Shown in pieces: positions 21,378-30,695 of a stretch of DNA of 64,000 bases (position 1 is the stretch's first letter; every line of letters starts with the position of its first letter). The position numbers were made by a program, and so were the translations under genes. Origin of the DNA: Syntrophales bacterium (lineage in GTDB: Bacteria; Desulfobacterota; Syntrophia; Syntrophales; UBA2210). The stretch is from contig CAXXNF010000002.1 of NCBI GenBank assembly GCA_963666365.2, positions 768,001 through 832,000 of the forward strand, read 5' to 3'. Below the pieces are notes generated by a model. It had not been told where the DNA came from, did not search any database, and saw only the letters and a program-made list of their open reading frames with translations.

Positions 21378-22049
21378 ATGAATATTCTGATTTTCGGACC
21401 CAATGGAAGCGGCAAGGGAACCCAGGGCGCTATTGTGCAAAAGAAATTCGGTGTGCCCCACATAGAAACGGGCGTCATATTCAGACAGAATATCAAAGGC
21501 GGCACTGAACTCGGAAAAAAGGCGAAAGAGTATATCGACAAGGGTGAGTTGGTACCTGATGACATCACCATTCCCATGATCCTGAACAGGCTGAAAGAAG
21601 CGGATTGCGCACAGGGATGGCTGCTGGACGGATTCCCCAGGAATCTTGCGCAGGCAGAGGCGATGTACGAGGCGCTTCAAAAAGAGAACATTGCCCTGGA
21701 TTACGTCATTGAAATCGAGCTTGACCGGGGAACCTCGAAGAATCGCATTATGGGAAGACGTCTCTGTGCAAACGACAATAACCATCCGAACAATATTTAT
21801 ATCGATGCAATAAAACCGGTGGAAAAAGACGGAACTTTTGTGTGTCGAGTCTGCGGCGGTGAACTCTCAACGCGGGCTGACGACCAGGACGAGGCAGCAA
21901 TAGATAAACGCCATAATATTTATTACGACACCGAAACGGGAACTATGGCGGCGATCAATTATTTCAAGGAACGGGTAAAGGTCATCGGAGTAGATGGACT
22001 GCCGGGCGTCAAGGAAGTTTCAGAGGATCTTCTGAGCAAACTTGGGTAA
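21378..22049 (+). CDS. adk: Adenylate kinase
   Basis: GPNGSGKGTQ, GELVPD, LDGFPR, RADD; AAGGAG SD. Confidence 0.97.
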   Translation: MNILIFGPNGSGKGTQGAIVQKKFGVPHIETGVIFRQNIKGGTELGKKAKEYIDKGELVPDDITIPMILNRLKEADCAQGWLLDGFPRNLAQAEAMYEALQKENIALDYVIEIELDRGTSKNRIMGRRLCANDNNHPNNIYIDAIKPVEKDGTFVCRVCGGELSTRADDQDEAAIDKRHNIYYDTETGTMAAINYFKERVKVIGVDGLPGVKEVSEDLLSKLG

Positions 22050-22073
22050 CAGCATCCTATCGGATTAATGCAG

Positions 22074-22106
22074 AAAAGCCTTCCTTTCCATCGGAAGGCT
22101 TTTTTT
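22074..22106 (+). terminator. Intrinsic terminator after adk
   Basis: AAAAGCCTTCC-8 nt-GGAAGGCTTTTTTT. Confidence 0.8.
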
Positions 22107-22125
22107 GACATCACAAACATGGTAT

Positions 22126-23922
22126 ATGAAACACATTAGAAATTTCAGCATTATCGCCCATATAGATCACGGCAAATCAACGCTTGCCGACCGCATGATT
22201 CAGCATACCGGTCTCGCCGACATGCGCACCTTCAAGGATCAGATCCTCGATACAATGGACATTGAACGGGAGCGGGGCATTACCATAAAAAGCCAGGCCA
22301 TCACCCTTCCCTACAGGGCGCGGAACGGGAAGTCATACCTCCTCAATTTGATCGACACGCCCGGCCATGTCGATTTTTCCTACGAAGTATCTCGATCGCT
22401 TGCCTCATGCGAAGGGGTGCTGCTGCTCATCGATGCGGCTCAGGGAATACAGGCGCAGACACTGGCAAATCTTTACATGGCCATGGAACATGATCTGGAG
22501 GTCATACCCGTTATCAACAAGATAGACCTTCCCTCTGCTGATATCGAAATGGTCATGGAACAGATTGAAACAGAACTGGGACTTGATCCCTTTTCCAGTC
22601 TGACCTGTTCCGCCAAGGCGGGAACAGGAGTGGAGGCAATTCTTGAAGCAATAGTGGAAAAAATTCCACCGCCCAAAGGGGACGAATCCATGCCCCTGTC
22701 GGCACTCATATTCGATGCGTTTTATGACGCCTTCAGGGGAACCATAGTATCCTGTCGCATCTTTGACGGCGAGATCAGTGCAGGCCAGACGATACGGTTA
22801 ATGTCGAATCACACCGCCTATCGGGTCGAGGAAGTGGGCCGCTTTTCCCTTGCCAGGGACAAAAAAGACCGGCTCACAGCCGGAGAGGTGGGATATATTA
22901 TTGCCGGGATCAAGACGGTGTCGGATGTACGTGTCGGCGACACCGTCACCAATGACCGCAACCCCTGCGCCAAGCCGCTTCCCGGTTTCAAAGAGGCAAA
23001 ACCGGTCGTCTTCGCATCGATCTACCCGATTGCCTCCGACGACTACGAAGAACTTGCCGTGGCGCTCGAGAAATACACGCTGAACGATGCATCCTTTGTG
23101 TACCAGAAAGACTCGTCCGTGGCCCTTGGTCAGGGATTTCGATGCGGATTCCTGGGGCTGCTGCACCTCGATATCGTGCAGGAGCGTCTCGAAAGGGAGT
23201 ATGATTTATCCATCATTCTCTCTGTTCCCAGCGTTAGGTACCGCTTTACATTAAAAAACGGAGAAATCACTTTCATTGACAATCCCGCCCATTTTCCTGA
23301 ACCAGCACAGATCGCCGGAACGGAAGAACCTTATATTCGTGCGTCCATGATGTTTCCCGAGCGCTATCTGGGCGCCGTGATGAAGCTCTGTATTGACAGA
23401 CGGGGCGAAAATTCCACTATTACCTATCCCAGTCCCGGCCGTGCCGAACTGACCTTTGAAATGCCTCTGGCAGGGGTTATCTTTGATTTCTATGACAATC
23501 TCAAATCAATTACACAGGGATACGGATCATTCGATTACGCCATGATAGGGTACCGGGAAAGCGATCTTGTGCTTCTCGACATCCTTGTGAATGGAGAAAA
23601 AGTGGACGCGCTTTCGCAGATCGTCTATCGGGGCATCGCCCGCCCGCGGGCGCTTCAGGCCTGCGAACGTTTGAAGGAAGAAATTCCCCGTCAGATGTTT
23701 AAAATCGCCATTCAGGGCGCGATCGGCGGAGAAATTATCTCCCGTACTACCATCTCCCCATTCCGAAAGGATGTGACGGCGAAATGCTACGGCGGCGACA
23801 TCACCCGCAAACGGAAGCTCCTTGAAAAGCAAAAAAAAGGGAAAAAACGTATGAAAATGGTGGGTTCCGTGGCAATACCGCAGAGCGCCTTTGTGGCTGT
23901 GTTGAAATCCGATCAAGACTAG
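22126..23922 (+). CDS. lepA: Translation elongation factor 4
   Basis: IRNFSIIAHIDHGKSTLADR, DTPGHVDF, GFRCGFLGLLH, KCYGGDITRKRKLLEKQK. Confidence 0.98.
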   Translation: MKHIRNFSIIAHIDHGKSTLADRMIQHTGLADMRTFKDQILDTMDIERERGITIKSQAITLPYRARNGKSYLLNLIDTPGHVDFSYEVSRSLASCEGVLLLIDAAQGIQAQTLANLYMAMEHDLEVIPVINKIDLPSADIEMVMEQIETELGLDPFSSLTCSAKAGTGVEAILEAIVEKIPPPKGDESMPLSALIFDAFYDAFRGTIVSCRIFDGEISAGQTIRLMSNHTAYRVEEVGRFSLARDKKDRLTAGEVGYIIAGIKTVSDVRVGDTVTNDRNPCAKPLPGFKEAKPVVFASIYPIASDDYEELAVALEKYTLNDASFVYQKDSSVALGQGFRCGFLGLLHLDIVQERLEREYDLSIILSVPSVRYRFTLKNGEITFIDNPAHFPEPAQIAGTEEPYIRASMMFPERYLGAVMKLCIDRRGENSTITYPSPGRAELTFEMPLAGVIFDFYDNLKSITQGYGSFDYAMIGYRESDLVLLDILVNGEKVDALSQIVYRGIARPRALQACERLKEEIPRQMFKIAIQGAIGGEIISRTTISPFRKDVTAKCYGGDITRKRKLLEKQKKGKKRMKMVGSVAIPQSAFVAVLKSDQD

Positions 23923-23958
23923 ACTGTCGCGAAACAACACGCCGGGGGGCGATGTGCA

Positions 23959-25140
23959 ATGAAAAGCCAAGTCGACATTCCGGACCTTGTCGGTCTTTAT
24001 GAAAAAGGCAGAAAAGATTCGCCCGGCCTGTATGTTCATATTCCCTTTTGTCGCACCAAGTGTCACTATTGTAATTTTTATTCCGTGACGGACAGATCCT
24101 GCAGTCGCCGTTACATAGAGGCGTTGAAGGACGAGATGGCTCTCTATGGAAACGCATCAATCGCCTATGATACGGTCTATATAGGTGGCGGCACACCTTC
24201 CGTACTTACTGCCGGACAGTTGGACGAGATTTTCAAAGCGATAACAACAGTCTTTTCTATTGCCCCGGAAAGCGAGATTACCATTGAGGCAAATCCCGGC
24301 GATATTGACGGGGACTTCGCGTCCTTTCTGGCTCAAAGCCCCGTGAATCGAATCAACGTGGGCGTACAATCATTCAATGACGACATATTGGTCTACCTCG
24401 GCCGGCGCCACTCGGTAAGGGATGCAATATCTGCACTGGAAAGGCTTGCTGCAGAAGGATTCACTAATATCGGGTTCGATCTGATATACGGTGTCCCGGG
24501 ACAGCCCATTAATTCATGGAAAGATACCCTCGCGCAGGCACTTCTGTTTTCTCCCGCACATCTCTCATGCTACGAGTTGACGGTAGAACGGGACACTCCA
24601 CTGGGCAGACGTCTTGCACAGGGGCAGGCATCTCCTCTTCCTTCCGAAGATATGATGTATGACTTTTTCATGACCACCGCCGACATACTGGAGCGTGCCG
24701 GGTATCTTCACTACGAAGTGTCGAACTTCGCCCGCACCGATCGTTTCATGTCGAGGCACAATGGAAAATACTGGCGTCATACGCCATATCTCGGTCTCGG
24801 TCCCGCAGCGCATTCCTTTTTCGGAAACAGACGATGGTGGAACCATCGATCCGTCTCACACTACATCACCGATGCAGCAAAGGGAAGGCCGCCCATCGAA
24901 GGCATGGAAACGCTTGACGGGGAGTCGCTCATTTTTGAAGCGCTTTTGCTGGGCCTCAGAACGTCTGAGGGTATCAACCTTGATGAATTGAAATCACGCT
25001 TTCACATGGACCTTTTTGAGCAATGCGCATCAAAAATCTTCGAGCTCAGCGAAAACGGATTCATACGAATTGAGAGCGGACGCATACGCCCGACACTTCG
25101 AGGGCTTGCGCTCGCCGATTATATTCCGACAGTTCTGTAA
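23959..25140 (+). CDS. hemW: Radical SAM heme chaperone HemW
   Basis: LYVHIPFCRTKCHYC, YIGGGTPS, HYEVSNFA, HN..YW; follows lepA. Confidence 0.9.
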   Translation: MKSQVDIPDLVGLYEKGRKDSPGLYVHIPFCRTKCHYCNFYSVTDRSCSRRYIEALKDEMALYGNASIAYDTVYIGGGTPSVLTAGQLDEIFKAITTVFSIAPESEITIEANPGDIDGDFASFLAQSPVNRINVGVQSFNDDILVYLGRRHSVRDAISALERLAAEGFTNIGFDLIYGVPGQPINSWKDTLAQALLFSPAHLSCYELTVERDTPLGRRLAQGQASPLPSEDMMYDFFMTTADILERAGYLHYEVSNFARTDRFMSRHNGKYWRHTPYLGLGPAAHSFFGNRRWWNHRSVSHYITDAAKGRPPIEGMETLDGESLIFEALLLGLRTSEGINLDELKSRFHMDLFEQCASKIFELSENGFIRIESGRIRPTLRGLALADYIPTVL

Positions 25141-25548
25141 GTGTCGGCGTCGATTCGTCTCATAGGGATCATTTACTTCTTGAAGACACCGATAATTTTT
25201 CTTTGACATTCGTAGACGCTTGGATTAAGAAATATGCGGTATCAACTTCTTATAAGGCATGAGCAACGTTCAGAGGGCTGGAATACTACTCGGGGCGGGT
25301 TCACATAGCGCTGCTAGTGGTGAGTGTATCGAACGATCTGGAATAAGATGCGATTCCGATTCTCTACAGGGGGGTGCTGAATGGAAAAGGAACGAACGGA
25401 GCTTTCCCGCAAGGTCGTGCCGGATTGTAACGAGGCATATACCATTCATCTCTCAGCTGCCTTACATTGCTTGACAATCATTCCCATTAACACAATCTGA
25501 ATGTCACAACCGATGAATAACATCACTAACCCTGATGAGGCGTACGGT

Positions 25549-25800
25549 ATGAAAAAAGAATTTGACTGGTTTGACAAAGCGGAAAATCTGAGAAAGTTAC
25601 GAATTGCAAGTTACATAATTCTTGTAGTGTCCGTTCTTACTGAATTTCTTATTCCGGGCCATGCATCCCATCTGCCTTGGGACAACATACCTGGAATATA
25701 TGCGCTGTTCGGGTTTGTCACCTGTGTGCTCATGATCGTTATTTCCAAAATACTGGGACAATACTGGTTAAAGAAGAGTGAGGATTATTATGATAAGTAG
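25549..25800 (+). CDS. Small 2-TM membrane protein associated with Mrp-type antiporter clusters
   Basis: Two hydrophobic helices, PGIYALFGFVTCV..K.LG..L.KSEDYYD; overlaps next gene; GAGG SD before ATG 25549. Confidence 0.7.
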   Translation: MKKEFDWFDKAENLRKLRIASYIILVVSVLTEFLIPGHASHLPWDNIPGIYALFGFVTCVLMIVISKILGQYWLKKSEDYYDK

Positions 25801-27535
25801 TTATCTTCCCCCGGCCTTCATATTTATCATCGGAGCGCTCCTGCTGCTGGTCGCCTCGGGCAGGATCAAGCAGATATTGATATTGCTTATACCGGCAGCA
25901 GCCTTTTTTTATATTCTTAATCTGAATGTCGACGTATCATGGGTAGTCCCTTTTCTGGACTATCAGTTGAACTTCCTCCATGTGGACAAACTGAGTAAAG
26001 TATTTGGATATATCTTTTGCATTGCCGCCTTCGGGAGCTTTCTTTTTGCCTTTCATCTGAAAGGAAAGCTCGAACATTTCTCGGCGCTTATCTATGTGGG
26101 CAGCGCCATCGGTGTTGTCTTTGCGGGTGATTTTTTCTCCCTCTACCTCTTCTGGGAATTCATGGCAGTGGCCTCCGTCATGCTTATCTGGGCGAGAAGG
26201 GAAAAGAAGTCTCTCGATGCCGGGTTTAGATATGTGCTTGTACATATCGCAGGAGGGTTGATCCTTCTGGCGGGCATCCTGCTTCACGTGCATAATACCG
26301 GCTCACTTGAAGTCGGCCGAATACAGTCGCATGAACTTTCTTCCTGGCTCATACTTATCGGCTTCATGCTCAATGCGGCCGTCCCCCCTCTTTCCGCCTG
26401 GCTGTCGGATGCCTATCCTGAATCCACCGCAACGGGCGGAGTATTCTTGAGCGCCTTTACCACCAAAACCGCCGTATACACGCTTCTGCGCGTATTCCCG
26501 GGGTGGGAGATCCTTATCTGGCTCGGTGCGCTCATGACACTGTACGGCATCATATACGCCATTATGGAGAACGACAGTCGACGAATCCTCGCCTACAGCA
26601 TTATCAACCAGGTTGGATTCATGGTCTGCGGCATAGGCATAGGTACGGCAATGGCCTTAAATGGCGCTGCGGCGCACGCCTTCGCACATATTATCTACAA
26701 GGGGTTGCTCTGGATGTCTGCAGGATCGGTGCTCTATATGACAGGAAAAACAAAGTGCACCGACCTTGGAGGTCTCTACAAGACCATGCCCCTCACACTG
26801 ATATGCTGTTGTATTGCGGCGGCTTCAATCTCCGCCTTTCCATTGACGAGCGGATTCACCACGAAAACAATGATACTCCAGGCTGCGGTAGACAAGCATC
26901 TCATAATCATATACATCCTGCTCGAAGCAGCCTCGGCGGGCGTGTTTCTCCATGCGGGAATTAAGTTCCCCTACTTCGTCTTTTTCGCAAAGGACAAGGG
27001 GTTGCGGGTGTCGGACCCGAAGCCGAACATGCAGTACGCAATGGTCTTTTTCGCCGCTTTGTGTATTTTCATCGGCATTTATCCCCAGCCCCTCTATAAA
27101 ATCCTGCCTTACCCCGTTGAGTATCATGCATACACCGGCATGCATGTGATAAGAATGCTGCAGCTTCTCTTCTTTTCCGGTCTCGCGTTTTTTGTCTTCC
27201 TGGGTCTTTTGAAAAGGACGGAAACTATTACCCTCGATACCGACTGGATTTACCGGAAGGGCGCCCAACTCGTGCTTTTTGTCGTTACGGGCATTGCTTC
27301 TGGAATAGCGAAATTTTTCGATTTTATCTTCATTCGCAGTCTGCCTGCTGCTCTTGCGAATTTTTCTAAAAGCCCGATCCGACGAATCGCGGCCATGACC
27401 GGGGGCGCCACATCCTCTGAAGACCAGGGTTCGGACCGTGCGCCCGAGTTTAGCACCCGCATTCCCTCAGGCATACCCGTACTGGTGGCTGTTGCGTTTC
27501 TTTCGGCACTGGCCTTTGTGTTCATATTGGGATAA
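25790..27535 (+). CDS. Na+/H+ antiporter subunit D/A-type (NuoL/M/N-like), long form
   Basis: FWEFMA, AWLSDAYPE, TKTAVY, ILAYSIINQVG, HAFAHIIYKGLL; C-terminal lateral helix + TM. Confidence 0.88.
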   Translation: MISSYLPPAFIFIIGALLLLVASGRIKQILILLIPAAAFFYILNLNVDVSWVVPFLDYQLNFLHVDKLSKVFGYIFCIAAFGSFLFAFHLKGKLEHFSALIYVGSAIGVVFAGDFFSLYLFWEFMAVASVMLIWARREKKSLDAGFRYVLVHIAGGLILLAGILLHVHNTGSLEVGRIQSHELSSWLILIGFMLNAAVPPLSAWLSDAYPESTATGGVFLSAFTTKTAVYTLLRVFPGWEILIWLGALMTLYGIIYAIMENDSRRILAYSIINQVGFMVCGIGIGTAMALNGAAAHAFAHIIYKGLLWMSAGSVLYMTGKTKCTDLGGLYKTMPLTLICCCIAAASISAFPLTSGFTTKTMILQAAVDKHLIIIYILLEAASAGVFLHAGIKFPYFVFFAKDKGLRVSDPKPNMQYAMVFFAALCIFIGIYPQPLYKILPYPVEYHAYTGMHVIRMLQLLFFSGLAFFVFLGLLKRTETITLDTDWIYRKGAQLVLFVVTGIASGIAKFFDFIFIRSLPAALANFSKSPIRRIAAMTGGATSSEDQGSDRAPEFSTRIPSGIPVLVAVAFLSALAFVFILG

Positions 27536-27561
27536 CGCCTTGGCCTCCTTCTTGCGGGCAC

Positions 27562-27599
27562 AAAAAAAGGGTTGCGAAAACCAATCTTCACAACCCCTT
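27562..27599 (-). terminator. Intrinsic terminator downstream of tRNA-Met (between convergent genes)
   Basis: Minus strand GGGTTGTGAA..TTCGCAACCCTTTTTTT. Confidence 0.65.
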
Positions 27600-27606
27600 G
27601 ATATCA

Positions 27607-27683
27607 TGGTGGCGGTGCAGGGACTTGAACCCCGGACACTACGGATATGAGCCGTATGCTCTAACCTGCTGAGCTACACCGCC
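27607..27683 (-). tRNA. tRNA with CAT anticodon (elongator Met most likely)
   Basis: GGCGGTGTAGCTCAGCAGGTTAGAGCA-TACGG-CTCATAT-CCGTA..GGTTCAAGTCC..CACCGCCACCA; G1:C72 pair excludes initiator. Confidence 0.95.
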
Positions 27684-27703
27684 CTCTCATTTAAGACTCG
27701 CGG

Positions 27704-27732
27704 TATATACGTTAAATTCATTTTCATGTCAA
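27704..27732 (-). promoter_or_regulatory. sigma70 promoter of tRNA-Met
   Basis: TTGACA-17 bp-TATATA followed by GC-rich discriminator CCGCG. Confidence 0.65.
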
Positions 27733-27734
27733 GT

Positions 27735-29411
27735 TTATTGAACGATTAAATCGTATGCAACTACCACGCTTTTCGATTGTGAAAGTGCCACGGCAAGGAC
27801 AATTTCGTTTTGCCCGTCATTATCAATGTCCTTAAATTGATAATCGGCCACGTATCCCTGAATCTTTCTCGTTTTCCAGTTTTGAATCAAGCCTAGTCCA
27901 TCCCACTCGAGATTATAGATTTCGCTGCTCGAAAACATTCGTACATTTTTGAACAGTCTTCCCGCAGGGGATAAATTTTTGACAATAACGACCTCCTCCT
28001 TTCCATCTCCCTTAATGTCGTAGGTCAGGATCCTCACGTTCACGTATACATTATCCTGCATGCCCTCGTCGCCGAATCCGGGTGTGATGCTCCTGTAATC
28101 GAAGCGGTTGTTTGTTCCCCCGAATACATCATCCGAAGTATAGATTATCTCATCGCCTCCGCCAACTACATGGATCTGGGAGACCGGTTTTTTTGTTTTC
28201 TTGTATATGTTGAGATGATCGTACTCGTCGAGAGCAATGACACGTTCCGTGTTTCCGCCGTCAATACTGGCCATCGTCATGCCGTATACGGACAATCCTT
28301 CCGGGATGGGCATTCGTTGCCCCTCTCGGTATCCGTCCCCCTTCCATAAAATCTCAAAAATAGGGTTCGAAAACGGCCTGTCAAGTCCCAGTTCCTGTCC
28401 CACCAGTTTGATCCCTTCGTTTGTAGGAATGACTCGCAGAAACCACGGTAAATTCTCCGCGATGCGCTCATATTTTCCGTCCTTGAATTCAACCACGAAT
28501 GAGCGGAGTGTGCTCCCCTGGAAATTGGTTACAATAATCTCGTCGATTCCGTTGCCGTTGATATCGGCGACGTCAAGTGCAAGATATCGATCACTGGATT
28601 TTCCTGCAATTTTGTTGAGCAGGGTAAAGCCCGCGCCTTCTTTTCTATAGATTAGAACATTCGTGTGATCGATCAACACCACTTCGTTCTTAGTATCTCC
28701 ATCCACGTCTCCGATATCCATCCCCTTAATATTTCTCGAATACCGGGGGCTCATAAAAAAGCCTTTTCGATCGAGTACACCGGTCGTCGTTATAAAGGAC
28801 GGATTAATGATGGAGGTAAAGGTTCCTTCCTGCGTTTTCAGCGCATCGATCGCCTCCGCCCCCCCTGGTTTTTCCGATGCTTCCCTCTGGACGGTTGCAG
28901 TCGCCTTCGGCGGCACAGGCAAGCTGGCCGCAGGCAAAGTCTTTCCAAGTACAAATTGATTTATTTTGTTGGCAAAATCATTGATTTTGGGAATGACGTC
29001 ATCCATGCCCCGGCACTGTTCGAAGATACCCACCGGCATCTTGTAGGTGGAAATATCAAGCAGCTTCCCGTCAAGGCTTATACTGTTTCCGATTTTTGTG
29101 ATGCTCCCCCAGACGACATAATCGGTACCCAGTGTCTTTCCTATTTCATAGGCATCAGATGCCGTCAGTTCCTTTTTTTTCAATTTATCGACGGCAGTCG
29201 AAATGGAAAGTTTATCAAGAACCGATATTTCACCACTGGCGGACAAACGGGATATCAACATATCCCATATGCCGCTTTTTACATAATCCAGATCTTCCAC
29301 GCTGTGAACTGCAAAGGGCAGTACGCCGACCGATTTTTTCTCGGAACTCCAGGCTGATGTCACCATAACAATAGACATGAGTATAGAGAAAATAATAATG
29401 TGCTTCTTCAT
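27735..29411 (-). CDS. Secreted FG-GAP/VCBS-repeat protein with N-terminal TolB-N/CsgG-like domain
   Basis: Signal peptide; VLPF..LGTDYVVWGSITKIG; Pro/Ala linker; repeats GDVDGDTKNE, ADINGNGIDE, DIDNDGQNE. Confidence 0.75.
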   Translation of the reverse strand: MKKHIIIFSILMSIVMVTSAWSSEKKSVGVLPFAVHSVEDLDYVKSGIWDMLISRLSASGEISVLDKLSISTAVDKLKKKELTASDAYEIGKTLGTDYVVWGSITKIGNSISLDGKLLDISTYKMPVGIFEQCRGMDDVIPKINDFANKINQFVLGKTLPAASLPVPPKATATVQREASEKPGGAEAIDALKTQEGTFTSIINPSFITTTGVLDRKGFFMSPRYSRNIKGMDIGDVDGDTKNEVVLIDHTNVLIYRKEGAGFTLLNKIAGKSSDRYLALDVADINGNGIDEIIVTNFQGSTLRSFVVEFKDGKYERIAENLPWFLRVIPTNEGIKLVGQELGLDRPFSNPIFEILWKGDGYREGQRMPIPEGLSVYGMTMASIDGGNTERVIALDEYDHLNIYKKTKKPVSQIHVVGGGDEIIYTSDDVFGGTNNRFDYRSITPGFGDEGMQDNVYVNVRILTYDIKGDGKEEVVIVKNLSPAGRLFKNVRMFSSSEIYNLEWDGLGLIQNWKTRKIQGYVADYQFKDIDNDGQNEIVLAVALSQSKSVVVAYDLIVQ

Positions 29412-29527
29412 AAATATCTCCTTATCTAACGCTTTTCATGGAAGAGTTATAAGGTAAATTTAATTTTATTTCGAGTAATTAATTTGCATATACATGTCTT
29501 ACTCCGCGTGAGCATGGCATGTGTTGG

Positions 29528-30406
29528 CTAATCGATCCGGTTTTCAAATTTATCATCTTCACCACCCTCCACAGCCATAGCTCTGAGGAGAGATAGATTC
29601 TCTCTATCATGAGGCGTCTCAATAATCTTGGGGACGGCTTTCAATCTTTGATCCCTCATGATCCATCGGAAGGGTATGGCGCCGATCATTCCCTTTCCAA
29701 TATCCTCGTGCCTGTCAACAAGGGAACCACATTCCTTTTTTGAGTCGCTCAAATGAATCACTTTTATTTTATGCAACCCTATCACAGCATCAACCTTTTC
29801 AAAAACCTCTTTATAGGCTTTTTTTGAGCGCACTTCATAGCCTGCGGCAAACATATGACAAATATCGAGGCAGAGCCCCGGTTCGAGCGGTCTGTGCACC
29901 TTGTCAATAATTTGTGCGATTTCCTCAAGAGTCCTGCCGATCGATGTCCCCTGTCCTGCCATCGTCTCAAGAACTATCGAAACATGATCGGTTCCTACTT
30001 CGTCATATAGCCGATTCAGCGCATGAACAATCCTTTGCGTTCCCACGTGTGTGCCGTCGCCACCATGGCTTCCGGGATGAATCACAAGATAATCGATCCC
30101 GAGTGTGTGGCAGCGTTTCACTTCGTTCACTAAGGCACGATAGGACTGCTCCCGTATTCTTTCTTCCTTTGATGCTAGATTTACCAGATACCCCACATGG
30201 GAAATAACCGGGTTTATGTGCAGAAGATCTCTTATTCTTTTGAAATTCGAAACCTCGGATTCAGAAAGATCGGGCTCCTGCCATCGGTTGGAGTTTTTGG
30301 TAAAAATCTGGATGGTTGCAATGTCCAGTTCCCCAGCTCTCAGCAGTGCCTTTTCCAGTCCTCCTGCAATTGACGTGTGCGCACCAAGCAGTATCCTTTC
30401 TTTCAT
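29528..30406 (-). CDS. nfo: Endonuclease IV
   Basis: GAHTSIAGG, HPGS, ETMAGQG, CLDICH, HLSDSK, DRHE, IETP. Confidence 0.93.
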   Translation of the reverse strand: MKERILLGAHTSIAGGLEKALLRAGELDIATIQIFTKNSNRWQEPDLSESEVSNFKRIRDLLHINPVISHVGYLVNLASKEERIREQSYRALVNEVKRCHTLGIDYLVIHPGSHGGDGTHVGTQRIVHALNRLYDEVGTDHVSIVLETMAGQGTSIGRTLEEIAQIIDKVHRPLEPGLCLDICHMFAAGYEVRSKKAYKEVFEKVDAVIGLHKIKVIHLSDSKKECGSLVDRHEDIGKGMIGAIPFRWIMRDQRLKAVPKIIETPHDRENLSLLRAMAVEGGEDDKFENRID

Positions 30407-30695
30407 TTACCGATCACTATTTGCGATTGCTCCGTCTCAACAATTGGGTATGCGTAAATAAATCAGGAGTGCGGGCCCTCATTTCGCCTTTGAATCTCTG
30501 CTGTTTGGACTATGTGATTATAGAAGGCATGCCAAGCAAATCTTATCGGTTTCGAATGTACAAATGTACAATTGTCGCCCGACCGAAACCACAGGGTGGT
30601 CACTCTACACACATCTCGAGTACGGAGCTGAATATGAGGCTTCGTTTATAATTGTGTTCAATACACACTGCTTGCGTGGGCTTCTCATGGGGGTG

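Noticed and set aside
27607..27683. tRNA-Met as a second integration site
   Set aside because: Followed directly by its terminator; no integrase or duplicated 3' end noticed
30547..30589. GGTTTCG..CGAAACC inverted repeat enclosing a tandem AATGTACA
   Set aside because: Short arms, no U-tract; insufficient to call a terminator or operator
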